IMG/VR virus record: IMGVR_UViG_3300017748_000001
Coordinates: 62,998 to 126,997 of that record
Length of the DNA: 64,000 bases
Source of the DNA: a virus
Strand: one strand, 5' to 3'
The notes below the pieces were generated by a model. The model was not told the origin of the DNA. It was given only the letters and a program-made list of their open reading frames with translations, and did not search any database. The first letter of the stretch is position 1; each line of letters begins with the position of its first letter. A program made the position numbers and the translations under genes. Of this stretch, positions 39,700 through 47,823 are shown piece by piece.

Positions 39700-39879
39700 A
39701 TGTTACAATTAGAATATCTAAAAGCAAAACTGAAAGAGAAAGTAGGAGAAGCTTCTACATGGGATGGAGCGGTACTAATCGCTGGTGGCGTTGCGGTATT
39801 GTTTGTTAAATCTATTGTTGCGTACATTGCATACGCAGCGATTCTGTATGGTGCTTATAAGATTTATAAGAAAGGATAA
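39700..39879 (+). CDS. Small membrane protein (59 aa)
   Basis: AAGGAG RBS before the ATG at 39700; hydrophobic C-terminal half. Confidence 0.7.
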   Translation: MLQLEYLKAKLKEKVGEASTWDGAVLIAGGVAVLFVKSIVAYIAYAAILYGAYKIYKKG

Positions 39880-39881
39880 GA

Positions 39882-39971
39882 TGGCGGAGAGGGAGAGATT
39901 CGAACTCTCGGAAGGGACTAACCTTCGCTTGTTTTCAAGACAAGTGCTTTAAACCACTCAGCCACCTCTCC
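39882..39971 (-). tRNA. trnS: tRNA-Ser(TGA)
   Basis: GGAGAGG acceptor, CTTGT-CTTGAAA-ACAAG anticodon arm, long variable arm, TTCGAAT T-loop, encoded CCA. Confidence 0.97.
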
Positions 39972-39986
39972 GTGTCTTTTAGTTAA

Positions 39987-40063
39987 TGGCGGAGTAGACG
40001 AGACTCGAACTCGCAACCACCGGCGTGACAGGCCGGTACGCTAACCAATTGCGCCACTACTCC
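39987..40063 (-). tRNA. trnD: tRNA-Asp(GTC)
   Basis: GGAGTAG acceptor, CCGGC-CTGTCAC-GCCGG anticodon arm, CCA. Confidence 0.97.
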
Positions 40064-40071
40064 AATTAAAT

Positions 40072-40079
40072 TATTTATA
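40072..40079 (-). promoter_or_regulatory. T4 late promoter TATAAATA for tRNA-Asp/Ser
   Basis: Exact consensus, 8 nt upstream of tRNA-Asp. Confidence 0.7.
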
Positions 40080-40089
40080 GACGTTAAAA

Positions 40090-40174
40090 TGGTGGCGGGG
40101 GAAGGATTCGAACCTTCGAAGGCATAGCCGTCAGATTTACAGTCTGATCCCTTTGACCGCTCGGGAACCCCGCC
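40090..40174 (-). tRNA. trnY: tRNA-Tyr(GTA)
   Basis: GGCGGGG acceptor, TCAGA-CTGTAAA-TCTGA anticodon arm, variable arm, CCA. Confidence 0.97.
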
Positions 40175-40187
40175 GCAAGAAAGAAGT

Positions 40188-40208
40188 GGGGCGAGTTAAA
40201 CTCGCCCC
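40188..40208 (-). terminator. Hairpin after gp32 (terminator or processing stem)
   Basis: Perfect 9-bp stem GGGGCGAGT/ACTCGCCCC followed on the minus strand by ACTTCTTTCTT. Confidence 0.7.
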
Positions 40209-40217
40209 TGAGAGATA

Positions 40218-41123
40218 TTAGTCTTCGTTTGCTAACTTCTCAAAGTAAGACAACGCATCATCTTCTTCATCTTCTACAGCAGCAACTCTTTCCTTTGCAG
40301 GCGCAGGAGATGGAGTCTCGACGGCGAATGGAACTTCCATCCTGTCTTCAACCATATCCTCTGCAGCAGTCCTAGTCACAGATACAGTACCAAGAACTCT
40401 ATCAAGACGTTCCTTTAACTGTTCATAAGTCTTAAATGACTCAGGAGAAACAAACTCTTGCAAAGAATTTTCTTTATTAAAGATTGCTTCTAACTCATCG
40501 TCATCATCAGACAATGCACTAACAGAATCAAACTCAGACTTGTCATAGTTGATATAACCGTCCACAGTTCGAATCTTCAACTTGAAGTTCGCACCTTCCC
40601 ACAAATCAAATGGGTTTGTAGGTTCTTCATCCTCAAATGCGGGCTGCATGATATCAGAGATCTTATCAAAGATCTTCTTACCAAACTGGTATAAGAATAC
40701 CTTACCTTCATTTTCTGGATGAGCGGGATCACTCACCACATAGATGTTTGAGAAATACTTCAACTTACGCTTGCGTTCTCTCGCAAGGTTTTGGTTTTCC
40801 GTAGTTCCAGTGTTCCATAATTCAGTGTTTGCTTCACTGACAGGACACTTCTTACCCAAGGTTGTCAAAGAGTTCTCAATGAACCAACCGCCTGGGCCTT
40901 TGAACCCATGAGTAAAGACGCGAACCCAAGGCAAATCTTCATCCGCAGGAGGCGGCAAGAATCGGATTACAGCATAACCATTTCCGGTCTTGTCTGTAGT
41001 TGGTTTCCAGAAACGATCATCTCTATTGGAAGAAGTTTGTTGGGGGGATTGGATCTTCTCTAACTCAGCAGTTAGCTTGCTGAAGTCCTTTCCTTTTTTG
41101 AGTTTTGCGAATGCATTCGACAT
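40218..41123 (-). CDS. gp32: Single-stranded DNA-binding protein gp32
   Basis: DDRFWKP..DKTGNGYAVIRFLP; FKGPGGWFIENSLTT; GKKIFDKI; NPFDLWEGANFKLKIR; acidic tail EDDALSYFEKLANED. Confidence 0.97.
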   Translation of the reverse strand: MSNAFAKLKKGKDFSKLTAELEKIQSPQQTSSNRDDRFWKPTTDKTGNGYAVIRFLPPPADEDLPWVRVFTHGFKGPGGWFIENSLTTLGKKCPVSEANTELWNTGTTENQNLARERKRKLKYFSNIYVVSDPAHPENEGKVFLYQFGKKIFDKISDIMQPAFEDEEPTNPFDLWEGANFKLKIRTVDGYINYDKSEFDSVSALSDDDDELEAIFNKENSLQEFVSPESFKTYEQLKERLDRVLGTVSVTRTAAEDMVEDRMEVPFAVETPSPAPAKERVAAVEDEEDDALSYFEKLANED

Positions 41124-41185
41124 AGTATTTCCTTATATTCGTAGTATTTTTGTATGTTAATATCATCATTATGATATTGTGTAGT

Positions 41186-41214
41186 ATCATACCAAAGTAA
41201 TATTGGTTTGTCAA
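41186..41214 (-). promoter_or_regulatory. Sigma70-type promoter for gp32
   Basis: TTGACA-17 nt-TATGAT. Confidence 0.8.
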
Positions 41215-41217
41215 CTA

Positions 41218-41442
41218 CTAATTATCCCTACTTGCTTCCGCAAGTTGAAGAGATTCTTGTGTGAAACCCCGCTTTGAGATTAACTCATTTCGGAATTTTT
41301 GTTTTAGTTTTGGTTTATTTGCTGTATAGTATTTGTCCAAAACCTCATCTTTGGTGAGGCTCTTCATATAGTAATGTTTTATTGTTTTCTTTTTTGTTTG
41401 CCGATTCACGTTTGTCGCACTTTTCTGATATTTCATTGGCAT
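41218..41442 (-). CDS. Hypothetical basic protein
   Basis: 74-aa ORF filling the gap in a co-oriented operon, with AAGGAG upstream. Confidence 0.55.
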   Translation of the reverse strand: MPMKYQKSATNVNRQTKKKTIKHYYMKSLTKDEVLDKYYTANKPKLKQKFRNELISKRGFTQESLQLAEASRDN

Positions 41443-41456
41443 AATATAACTTCTCC

Positions 41457-42794
41457 TTAAGTTTCGTTTTCATCCTTCAGAGTTTCGTTGAGTTCCCTTC
41501 GACGTTTCTCTGTTCTATCAAGTCTCTGCCATCCGCCAGAGGTTTTCATTAACACATTTTCTGCATCATCAAAATTTGGAATATCTACTGGGCCTTCTGC
41601 CGCTAGTTTTGCGTTCTTAACTGCAAGCAAATTCATGTTTGCAGCAATCAATAGAAGTACCGCAAGAGGATCGAATACAAATACAATGAGAAGTATGATC
41701 CACTTGACTGCGTTCTCTAGTGCTTCTTCTGATGCGTTATTTCCTATTGCGAGTTCTGCGATATACTTAATTGGCCCAACTTCTGCTTCCAGTTGACGGT
41801 AACTGGTTTCCAGATCAAACTTCTCTAAATTAAGTTCGTCCAGTTTGTCTTCTAGAGTATCTATTATGTTTCTTTGTTCTGCAACCAACTCTAGTTTATT
41901 ATCGTTCACAGGCGCACCCAGTTGCGCTCTAAGACGTTGTATGAGGGCATTGGAGTCAGTTATCTCCTGACGCACAGTTTCTCTTATATCCGCAATTTGA
42001 TCCATTGCGGAGTCTATATTCTGGTTGTCTTTGTTTCGTATTTCGTCAATCTTTACTAGAAGCTTGTCTCTTTCTTCTAGTTGTTGCGCCCTAAAGTAAT
42101 CAACTTTTGTTGCGGTTTCTTCTCCATAAGAACCATCGACAATAGTACCGACAATTCTTTGGATTATTCTTACGTTATTTTCTTGTATAGCGGTATCAAG
42201 TTGATCCATACGAGAATCAATATTCGCAACCTCATCTCTGTAAGGCTTGACTCTATTCTCAACAATCTCATTCTCTCTTTCGATGATACCCATCTGAGAT
42301 TTTATCTGAGGATCTGCACGTTCATATGCAGTATCAATCCTCTGTTGTTCTCTATCTATCTGACTTTGTATTCCATCAGAGAAATCTATATCAGCAGTCT
42401 CAAAATCTTGTATCTTTGCTTCTGCGGCGTCTATAAGATAGTCTGTCCGTTGGATTTCATCTTCTACTCTGAGAATCTTAGATTGATTCTCCTGATTCCC
42501 TAGTGTCTGTTCTATATGTGCTGATGATAAGAACCCAAAAATTCCCATAGAGGTTATAAACATCAATACCAGAACAGCACTTACAAAGTATGTTTTGAGT
42601 AACACTGGACAAGTTTTCCAGTTTCGATATAACCAAGATGCGGTTACGAGTTTTCCGATCTCAAGAACCACTCCCATAATGATAATTGGAAGGACTGCAG
42701 CGGAAAATATCTTTGCCAGTCCAAATATAGAATAATATGCGGCGACTCCACTAATTGCTAGTGCCGATAAAAGTGTAATTATTGCTAGTTGCAT
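41457..42794 (-). CDS. Conserved membrane protein with long coiled coil and a peptidoglycan-binding-like motif
   Basis: Three N-terminal TM segments, EAEVGPIKYIAEL plus C-terminal TM (FVFDPLAVLLLIA); central IQRIVGTIVDGSYGEETATKVDYF. Confidence 0.75.
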   Translation of the reverse strand: MQLAIITLLSALAISGVAAYYSIFGLAKIFSAAVLPIIIMGVVLEIGKLVTASWLYRNWKTCPVLLKTYFVSAVLVLMFITSMGIFGFLSSAHIEQTLGNQENQSKILRVEDEIQRTDYLIDAAEAKIQDFETADIDFSDGIQSQIDREQQRIDTAYERADPQIKSQMGIIERENEIVENRVKPYRDEVANIDSRMDQLDTAIQENNVRIIQRIVGTIVDGSYGEETATKVDYFRAQQLEERDKLLVKIDEIRNKDNQNIDSAMDQIADIRETVRQEITDSNALIQRLRAQLGAPVNDNKLELVAEQRNIIDTLEDKLDELNLEKFDLETSYRQLEAEVGPIKYIAELAIGNNASEEALENAVKWIILLIVFVFDPLAVLLLIAANMNLLAVKNAKLAAEGPVDIPNFDDAENVLMKTSGGWQRLDRTEKRRRELNETLKDENET

Positions 42795-42795
42795 T

Positions 42796-43500
42796 TTACT
42801 TCTCTAGTGATTTGCCATACTCTTCGTAATAATCGTCTAATAGTATCTTTCTCACTTTTTTAGTATAGGATTTATTATTTATCACCAAAAATCCTGAGTA
42901 CTTTTTACACTTTCTTTTGTATATCGGCCAATAGATGGTATCATTGATTCTAACTCTATCCAAAAAGTCTAAGATTTTGTCTAAAATTACCAAAGTTTCT
43001 ATGGATATGAGGCCTCTGCGTTCCATTTGCATGACCAGAGGGTATTCCCCATCAATACATCTAAAAATTTCGTCAAATTTTAACTCGTTCTTGACTGCGA
43101 GGTCTAACACTCTACCAAAATCCTCTTCAAAAAGATAAGATAGACTCTGATTTCTAGTTTTCCAGAGTTTATAGTAGTCTTGAGTCTCTTCTGAGAGCAA
43201 GTCTGAGGAATTTAAGAATTCCCCTCTTGCAATTGCAGTTCCGTTCTCGTTAGAAGACAGAAATACGGACAAAAAGTAGTTTTCTAACTCTTTGCGAGTG
43301 TATTTTTTACTCAAATCTTTGAAAACCGAACGATCTTTTCTTTTTAGATAAGTATTTTCGTGAATAGAGACTCTCCCACGATACTTTATGTAGTCATAGG
43401 CGTCATTTTTGGTTGAGAAATGATTTTTCATTGCTATAAACATTTTATAACACTCAAAATCATCGATTTTTCTGCTGGCCATGACCAGACCCGACCTCAC
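42796..43500 (-). CDS. gp59: Helicase loader gp59
   Basis: FECYKMFIAMKNHF..YDYIKYRG..KRKDRSVF; ISIETLVILD; lies between gp33 and gp32. Confidence 0.85.
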   Translation of the reverse strand: MRSGLVMASRKIDDFECYKMFIAMKNHFSTKNDAYDYIKYRGRVSIHENTYLKRKDRSVFKDLSKKYTRKELENYFLSVFLSSNENGTAIARGEFLNSSDLLSEETQDYYKLWKTRNQSLSYLFEEDFGRVLDLAVKNELKFDEIFRCIDGEYPLVMQMERRGLISIETLVILDKILDFLDRVRINDTIYWPIYKRKCKKYSGFLVINNKSYTKKVRKILLDDYYEEYGKSLEK

Positions 43501-43721
43501 AGGGGTAGTTGATTAGCAGTTTTTGCCATCATATTGAGACTTTCTGCCTCAAATTGGATTTTTTGTTTTAGAACTGTACTGAGAAGAGAGTTTATGCTCT
43601 CAAAGTCTAGTTCTTTTTCTTTGCAGTACATGATAATAGAGTCCATATACGACTGTCTTGTGTCTCGCACATACTTTTCAATTTCTTCACTGAACTCTTT
43701 TTGACTCATGGTCTTTAACAT
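43497..43721 (-). CDS. gp33: Late promoter transcription co-activator gp33
   Basis: EFSEEIEKYV..SYMDSIIMYC..LKQKIQFEAESLNM..QLPL; start moved to the ATG at 43721. Confidence 0.85.
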   Translation of the reverse strand: MLKTMSQKEFSEEIEKYVRDTRQSYMDSIIMYCKEKELDFESINSLLSTVLKQKIQFEAESLNMMAKTANQLPL

Positions 43722-43731
43722 AATGGTTTTC

Positions 43732-44274
43732 CTATCGGTAGAATATATGGGCACCAATCTTAGTGGTGTAAACCAACTTAGAATGGAACTTAGATTTAAC
43801 ATAGTCTGCGTGATACCATAACGCTCCATCAGTAGGATCGCTGTGGCGTTCTGAACCATACTCTACGGTGACCATTGCAGCCACATTGGTTGCGCTTTTC
43901 CACGCAACCAAGTCTAGTATCTTGTCAGATTTACCATCACAGTACCAAGAAAATTGACATCTGTCCTTTACAGGAACAAATACAGCGTCATCTGGATCTT
44001 TGGTCATCCTAGTTTTCCATGACTCTTTGTATTCTCCCTGTCGGACTACGCCACATACAGTATTTGGATGTTTTGGAGCAAAAACCCGATTGAGAGTAAC
44101 ATATGCGACAGCGATTTGTCCCATAACACTCTCATTTCTGGATTCGAAGTAAATGTTTTCCGCAAGGCATCGAACTTCTTCTTCAATTCCTGCGTTCCTA
44201 TCCAGAATACTGGTTGTCACTTTGCTGGGAGTAATTGCCCCCAGCGCAGCGACTAATAGAAGCATAAATTTCAT
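43732..44274 (-). CDS. Cell wall hydrolase SleB (Hydrolase_2) with N-terminal signal-like segment
   Basis: CLAENIYFESR..GQIAVAYVTLNRV..CQFSWYCDGKSD; D.TDGALWYHADYV; IGAHIFYR. Confidence 0.9.
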   Translation of the reverse strand: MKFMLLLVAALGAITPSKVTTSILDRNAGIEEEVRCLAENIYFESRNESVMGQIAVAYVTLNRVFAPKHPNTVCGVVRQGEYKESWKTRMTKDPDDAVFVPVKDRCQFSWYCDGKSDKILDLVAWKSATNVAAMVTVEYGSERHSDPTDGALWYHADYVKSKFHSKLVYTTKIGAHIFYR

Positions 44275-44309
44275 ATACAACTTTCCTGTGTTATGTTAAT
44301 AACCCTTCA

Positions 44310-44338
44310 ATTATATAACATAACTAAGATATTGTCAA
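44310..44338 (-). promoter_or_regulatory. Perfect-consensus sigma70 promoter
   Basis: TTGACA-17 nt-TATAAT upstream of SleB-gp33-gp59. Confidence 0.88.
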
Positions 44339-44351
44339 GAAGTTCTACATA

Positions 44352-44582
44352 TTAATTTGTAGATAAGACTGCGATAGGCTCTAGGTCTGGATCATAATTC
44401 ACCGAGGCGGAGTTTCTCACAGTGTTCTTAATCACATCAAAGTATTTAGTATAATCTGATGTTATCGATTTTACGGATTCGATATTTTGTTCTGTCGGAA
44501 ATGTCACGACAGTCTCTTCGTAATCTTCTCCATCCCAATTGAGGTCTGTTAGACTTGCTTGAAGTTGTCTGTAGTTTTCCAC
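44352..44582 (-). CDS. Hypothetical protein
   Basis: 76-aa co-oriented ORF with a GTG start. Confidence 0.55.
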   Translation of the reverse strand: MENYRQLQASLTDLNWDGEDYEETVVTFPTEQNIESVKSITSDYTKYFDVIKNTVRNSASVNYDPDLEPIAVLSTN

Positions 44583-44603
44583 GGCGAGTTGTCCTTGTGT
44601 GAA

Positions 44604-44849
44604 TTATTTGTTTTCTAGCGCCTCCAATCTACTTTCTAATTCGTCCATTTTTGCAGAAACATTTGGATACTTTTTTCTCCAAGTGTCTTCTGCATCTAAG
44701 ACCTTTAAATTATACCGCGTTGCGGCCCAGTCGTATATAGAAGATACTTTTGCAAAGAACCATTTCCCTGCTGCAGTGTTCTGAAACCAACTGCTTGTAG
44801 CACTTCCGATTATACTTCCAGCGATAGCTTGAATTAACCATACCCACAT
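44604..44849 (-). CDS. Hypothetical protein, hydrophobic N-terminus and C-terminal coiled coil
   Basis: GAGG RBS; KMDELESRLEALE heptads. Confidence 0.7.
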   Translation of the reverse strand: MWVWLIQAIAGSIIGSATSSWFQNTAAGKWFFAKVSSIYDWAATRYNLKVLDAEDTWRKKYPNVSAKMDELESRLEALENK

Positions 44850-44916
44850 ATTTAGTACCTCGACTTCCGATTTTCGTCAAAAAACCGTGAAATAAATGAG
44901 GAATATTTGGAAATCA

Positions 44917-45633
44917 TTACTTCCCAATTATTCCCGTTTTTAATTGATTATTATTTGTCAGACCATTTTTGACATAATATTCATCAATCATTCCAATCAA
45001 ATCTCCGATATGATTGTCTCTCTTTGAGACATGGACTTCCGGATGTAATTCATTGTCTACCGCAGCAATAATAACAACCTGAGAAACAGGTATTCTGGTT
45101 CGTTCTTCAAACATTACTGCATACCCTGAGGCTTGTCTGAAGTACTTGTCTAATTTCTCTCCACCAAACGCACTGAGAGGTCGTTTAGACGTTTTAAAAT
45201 CTATTATGGATAACTTACCATCGAATTCCGCAATACAGTCACATCGTCCTGCTATCCCCAGATGATCCGAATACATCGCATACTCTTGAGCATAGACTTT
45301 TCCGATTCTTTCATCAAGGACTGGTTTCATAATGTGAAACATTTCCAAGTCGCTTGGCATCGATTCCTTTTTCATAGGAAGATTATTGATATAGTCTTCG
45401 CACATTAAGTGGACGTTGGTTCCTCTACGAGATGCTTTGAGAGAGACTTTATTTGCCTCTGCTTCTCCGACTCGTTTTCTCCACGCCATGATGGCTGCTT
45501 TACTAAAGTAAGAAATTACTGTAGTGATAGAAGGATATCTCCCACCACTATCAGTAACGTACCATCTTTTTCCATCTTCATTCACAGTTTTAAGTTCGAA
45601 GTCATCAGACTTAAACTCTACATGATTAAACAT
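44917..45633 (-). CDS. PD-(D/E)xK exonuclease
   Basis: RYPSITTV, WRKRVGEAEANKV..RGTNVH, IAGRCDCIAEFDGKLSIIDFKTS. Confidence 0.88.
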   Translation of the reverse strand: MFNHVEFKSDDFELKTVNEDGKRWYVTDSGGRYPSITTVISYFSKAAIMAWRKRVGEAEANKVSLKASRRGTNVHLMCEDYINNLPMKKESMPSDLEMFHIMKPVLDERIGKVYAQEYAMYSDHLGIAGRCDCIAEFDGKLSIIDFKTSKRPLSAFGGEKLDKYFRQASGYAVMFEERTRIPVSQVVIIAAVDNELHPEVHVSKRDNHIGDLIGMIDEYYVKNGLTNNNQLKTGIIGK

Positions 45634-45640
45634 AATTTAT

Positions 45641-45685
45641 CTAACAACAATCACAATTACAACATTCGCAGCATTTGCAATTCAT
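45641..45685 (-). CDS. 14-aa Cys-rich micropeptide MNCKCCECCNCDCC
   Basis: AAGGAGG (45700-45694) 8 nt before the ATG; 8 of 14 codons are Cys; fills the gap between two genes. Not in the ORF track. Confidence 0.75.
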   Translation of the reverse strand: MNCKCCECCNCDCC

Positions 45686-45698
45686 GTTATGTGCCTCC

Positions 45699-46010
45699 TT
45701 ATTTTATTTCAGACTTTATCTTCTGAATCATTTTTCCAATATGTTGGTAGAATTGATTATCAACCCCCAACTGCCTATCCAACGTGGCATTGATTGCCAT
45801 GTTAATAAAGGTTAGATCGTCCAACATTCTTTTTTCTGTTATATTGAAGCCAGATTGGTCTATTGCATCAATAATATTTACCATAAGACTATGAGATATG
45901 CTTCTCCCATACTCTTCTGCCTCGATGTAGTTTTGAATTCCTTCTAGATCTTTGGCATTGATAAATTTTCGTATTTCGAAAATATTTTTTGCGTCTACTA
46001 AATCGCCCAT
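45699..46010 (-). CDS. Hypothetical protein
   Basis: AAGGAG RBS, co-oriented operon. Confidence 0.65.
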   Translation of the reverse strand: MGDLVDAKNIFEIRKFINAKDLEGIQNYIEAEEYGRSISHSLMVNIIDAIDQSGFNITEKRMLDDLTFINMAINATLDRQLGVDNQFYQHIGKMIQKIKSEIK

Positions 46011-46020
46011 AGGTATCTCC

Positions 46021-46725
46021 TTAGACTATTCCTGCCTGCAGTTTATTAAGTATATAGGATTTGACAAAACAACTTCTCACGATATCTTCTTCTACAAATT
46101 CTGTAAACCCTACATCGGTCATGTTCTTCATAATATTCATAAACTGTAGTATGCCATCTTTATCGTTTGTTTTTGTGAAGTCGCTTTGACGAAAATCTCC
46201 ACAAAATATAATTCTACAATTCTTTCCTAACCTTGTAATAATTGAATCCAATTCATGGAAATTCATATTCTGACACTCATCTACTAAAATGATGGTATCG
46301 TTTAATGTGACTCCTCTGATAAATGAGGTAGTCATGAAATTAATCGCACCCTTCTTTTTCAGTAATTGGTATGCGTCTCCTCTGCAAAATAAATCAGAGA
46401 AGATTGATTTATATGGAGCCTCATAGACTTCCATCTTTTGTTCTTCCGAACCTGGCAAAAACCCGATATCTCTTGTAGGTACAATACTCCTTACTATGCT
46501 TAAATTTTTATATCTCGGGCCTAAGTCAAATAGTTCTCTCGCTGCTAGATACAAAGAAATGTAAGTCTTTCCTGTTCCAGCGACACCATGTAAAAATAGG
46601 TGTTTTCCGTTTTCAAAGTCTTCAAATACTCTGCTCTGATTCGCAGTCATTGGATGAATGTCCACTATGTTGAAGTGTGATTCGTTCAATGCGAACCTTG
46701 CAGTTTTTCTTCTATGCTTACCCAT
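46021..46725 (-). CDS. phoH: PhoH-family ATPase
   Basis: Walker A GVAGTGKT, RSIVP, GFLPG, FIRG.TL..IILVDECQN, TRLG..IIFCGDFRQSD. Start at 46725 (AGGAG RBS) preferred over 46767. Confidence 0.93.
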   Translation of the reverse strand: MGKHRRKTARFALNESHFNIVDIHPMTANQSRVFEDFENGKHLFLHGVAGTGKTYISLYLAARELFDLGPRYKNLSIVRSIVPTRDIGFLPGSEEQKMEVYEAPYKSIFSDLFCRGDAYQLLKKKGAINFMTTSFIRGVTLNDTIILVDECQNMNFHELDSIITRLGKNCRIIFCGDFRQSDFTKTNDKDGILQFMNIMKNMTDVGFTEFVEEDIVRSCFVKSYILNKLQAGIV

Positions 46726-46777
46726 GAAATGGCTCCTGTTGTTGAGCACCATCCCATAATATTCCATAATAAAAAAC

Positions 46778-47020
46778 TCAAATCGCAGCGCCTGGCACTT
46801 TTCTAGCTTTATCTAAAACTCCTTCCTTAAAGTCTTTTGGTATCTTCTTGACACCCAATGCAATCGGATCACCGACATTCACTTTCAATATAGTTTGAGA
46901 TACTGCATTTTCTCCGCACTTTTCGCATGGTTCCTGTAGAGGTCTATTTCTTTCGGATATTTTCAGTATTTCCTCAAATCTATAATTACATGAATTACAA
47001 ATATATGTGTATGTTGGCAT
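46778..47020 (-). CDS. FmdB-family zinc-ribbon protein
   Basis: MPTYTYICNSC..FE..PCEKCG. Confidence 0.85.
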   Translation of the reverse strand: MPTYTYICNSCNYRFEEILKISERNRPLQEPCEKCGENAVSQTILKVNVGDPIALGVKKIPKDFKEGVLDKARKVPGAAI

Positions 47021-47028
47021 ATTATTCC

Positions 47029-47823
47029 CTATGCAATATTATCATAATAATCCGATATGTCATGATCTTTGACCAATGACAGAAACGGCACTTTGGAGAA
47101 GATTGAACTTACCATCAGTTTAAATCTAATCCAATCAAAATTTAATAAAGAAGATGTAGTGTACACTATTTTTTTCTTCTTGTCTACCACTTTAATGTCT
47201 CCTATGTGCCTATAGAACAACATAGGCAACGGAACGGCAGGAACTATATCGGCTCCTTGTACATGGCGGTAGATGGTTGATTTTACATTCTTTGCGTACT
47301 TTTTGCTTCCAACTCTCGGCTGGCCATAAGTGTAAACTTGACAAAGATACTTTGATCTAGCAGCAGCAACAGTTGCGAGAGCGCCTCCCAAACTGTGACC
47401 GCAAATGTAGACCAAATCTCCGGACGCATGGATTGAGTCCAGATAGAGTTCTACATCATCCCAAATTTTATCAAGGGCTTCTGCGAAACCACTATGAACA
47501 ATCCCTTGTCGTTCTTCGGATTTCTTTGGGATGATATTGATATCAGCTAAGATGTCTTTGAGTTCTGTTGGTTCAGTTCCGCGAAAAGAAAGAACAATAC
47601 AAGTTCCAGTCTTTACTACGAGTGCTTCTGTACCATCGTTATCAAAAGTTTTGAAGTGTGATTTGGTATAACCCGACAATGCATTCTCTAAGAAATGTTT
47701 GTTGTCGGTCTTGTACACTAACACTGAGAAGAGTGCTAGTTGTTTAGCGACAGATGTGGAATACTCACCCGCCTTTTCGATAGTTTTATATTTTTCGAAT
47801 TCTTTTTTTAAATCCAGTTCCAT
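47029..47823 (-). CDS. Class 3 lipase (alpha/beta hydrolase)
   Basis: VLSFRGTE..DILAD, VHSGF, GHSLGGALA nucleophile elbow, YTYGQPRVG, DIVPAVP, terminal H in DHDISDY; start at ATG 47823. Confidence 0.9.
   Translation of the reverse strand: MELDLKKEFEKYKTIEKAGEYSTSVAKQLALFSVLVYKTDNKHFLENALSGYTKSHFKTFDNDGTEALVVKTGTCIVLSFRGTEPTELKDILADINIIPKKSEERQGIVHSGFAEALDKIWDDVELYLDSIHASGDLVYICGHSLGGALATVAAARSKYLCQVYTYGQPRVGSKKYAKNVKSTIYRHVQGADIVPAVPLPMLFYRHIGDIKVVDKKKKIVYTTSSLLNFDWIRFKLMVSSIFSKVPFLSLVKDHDISDYYDNIA

Noticed and set aside
44917-45633. Cas4 / CRISPR adaptation gene
   Set aside because: PD-(D/E)xK exonuclease lacking the four-Cys Fe-S pattern; a common T4-like replication-region gene.
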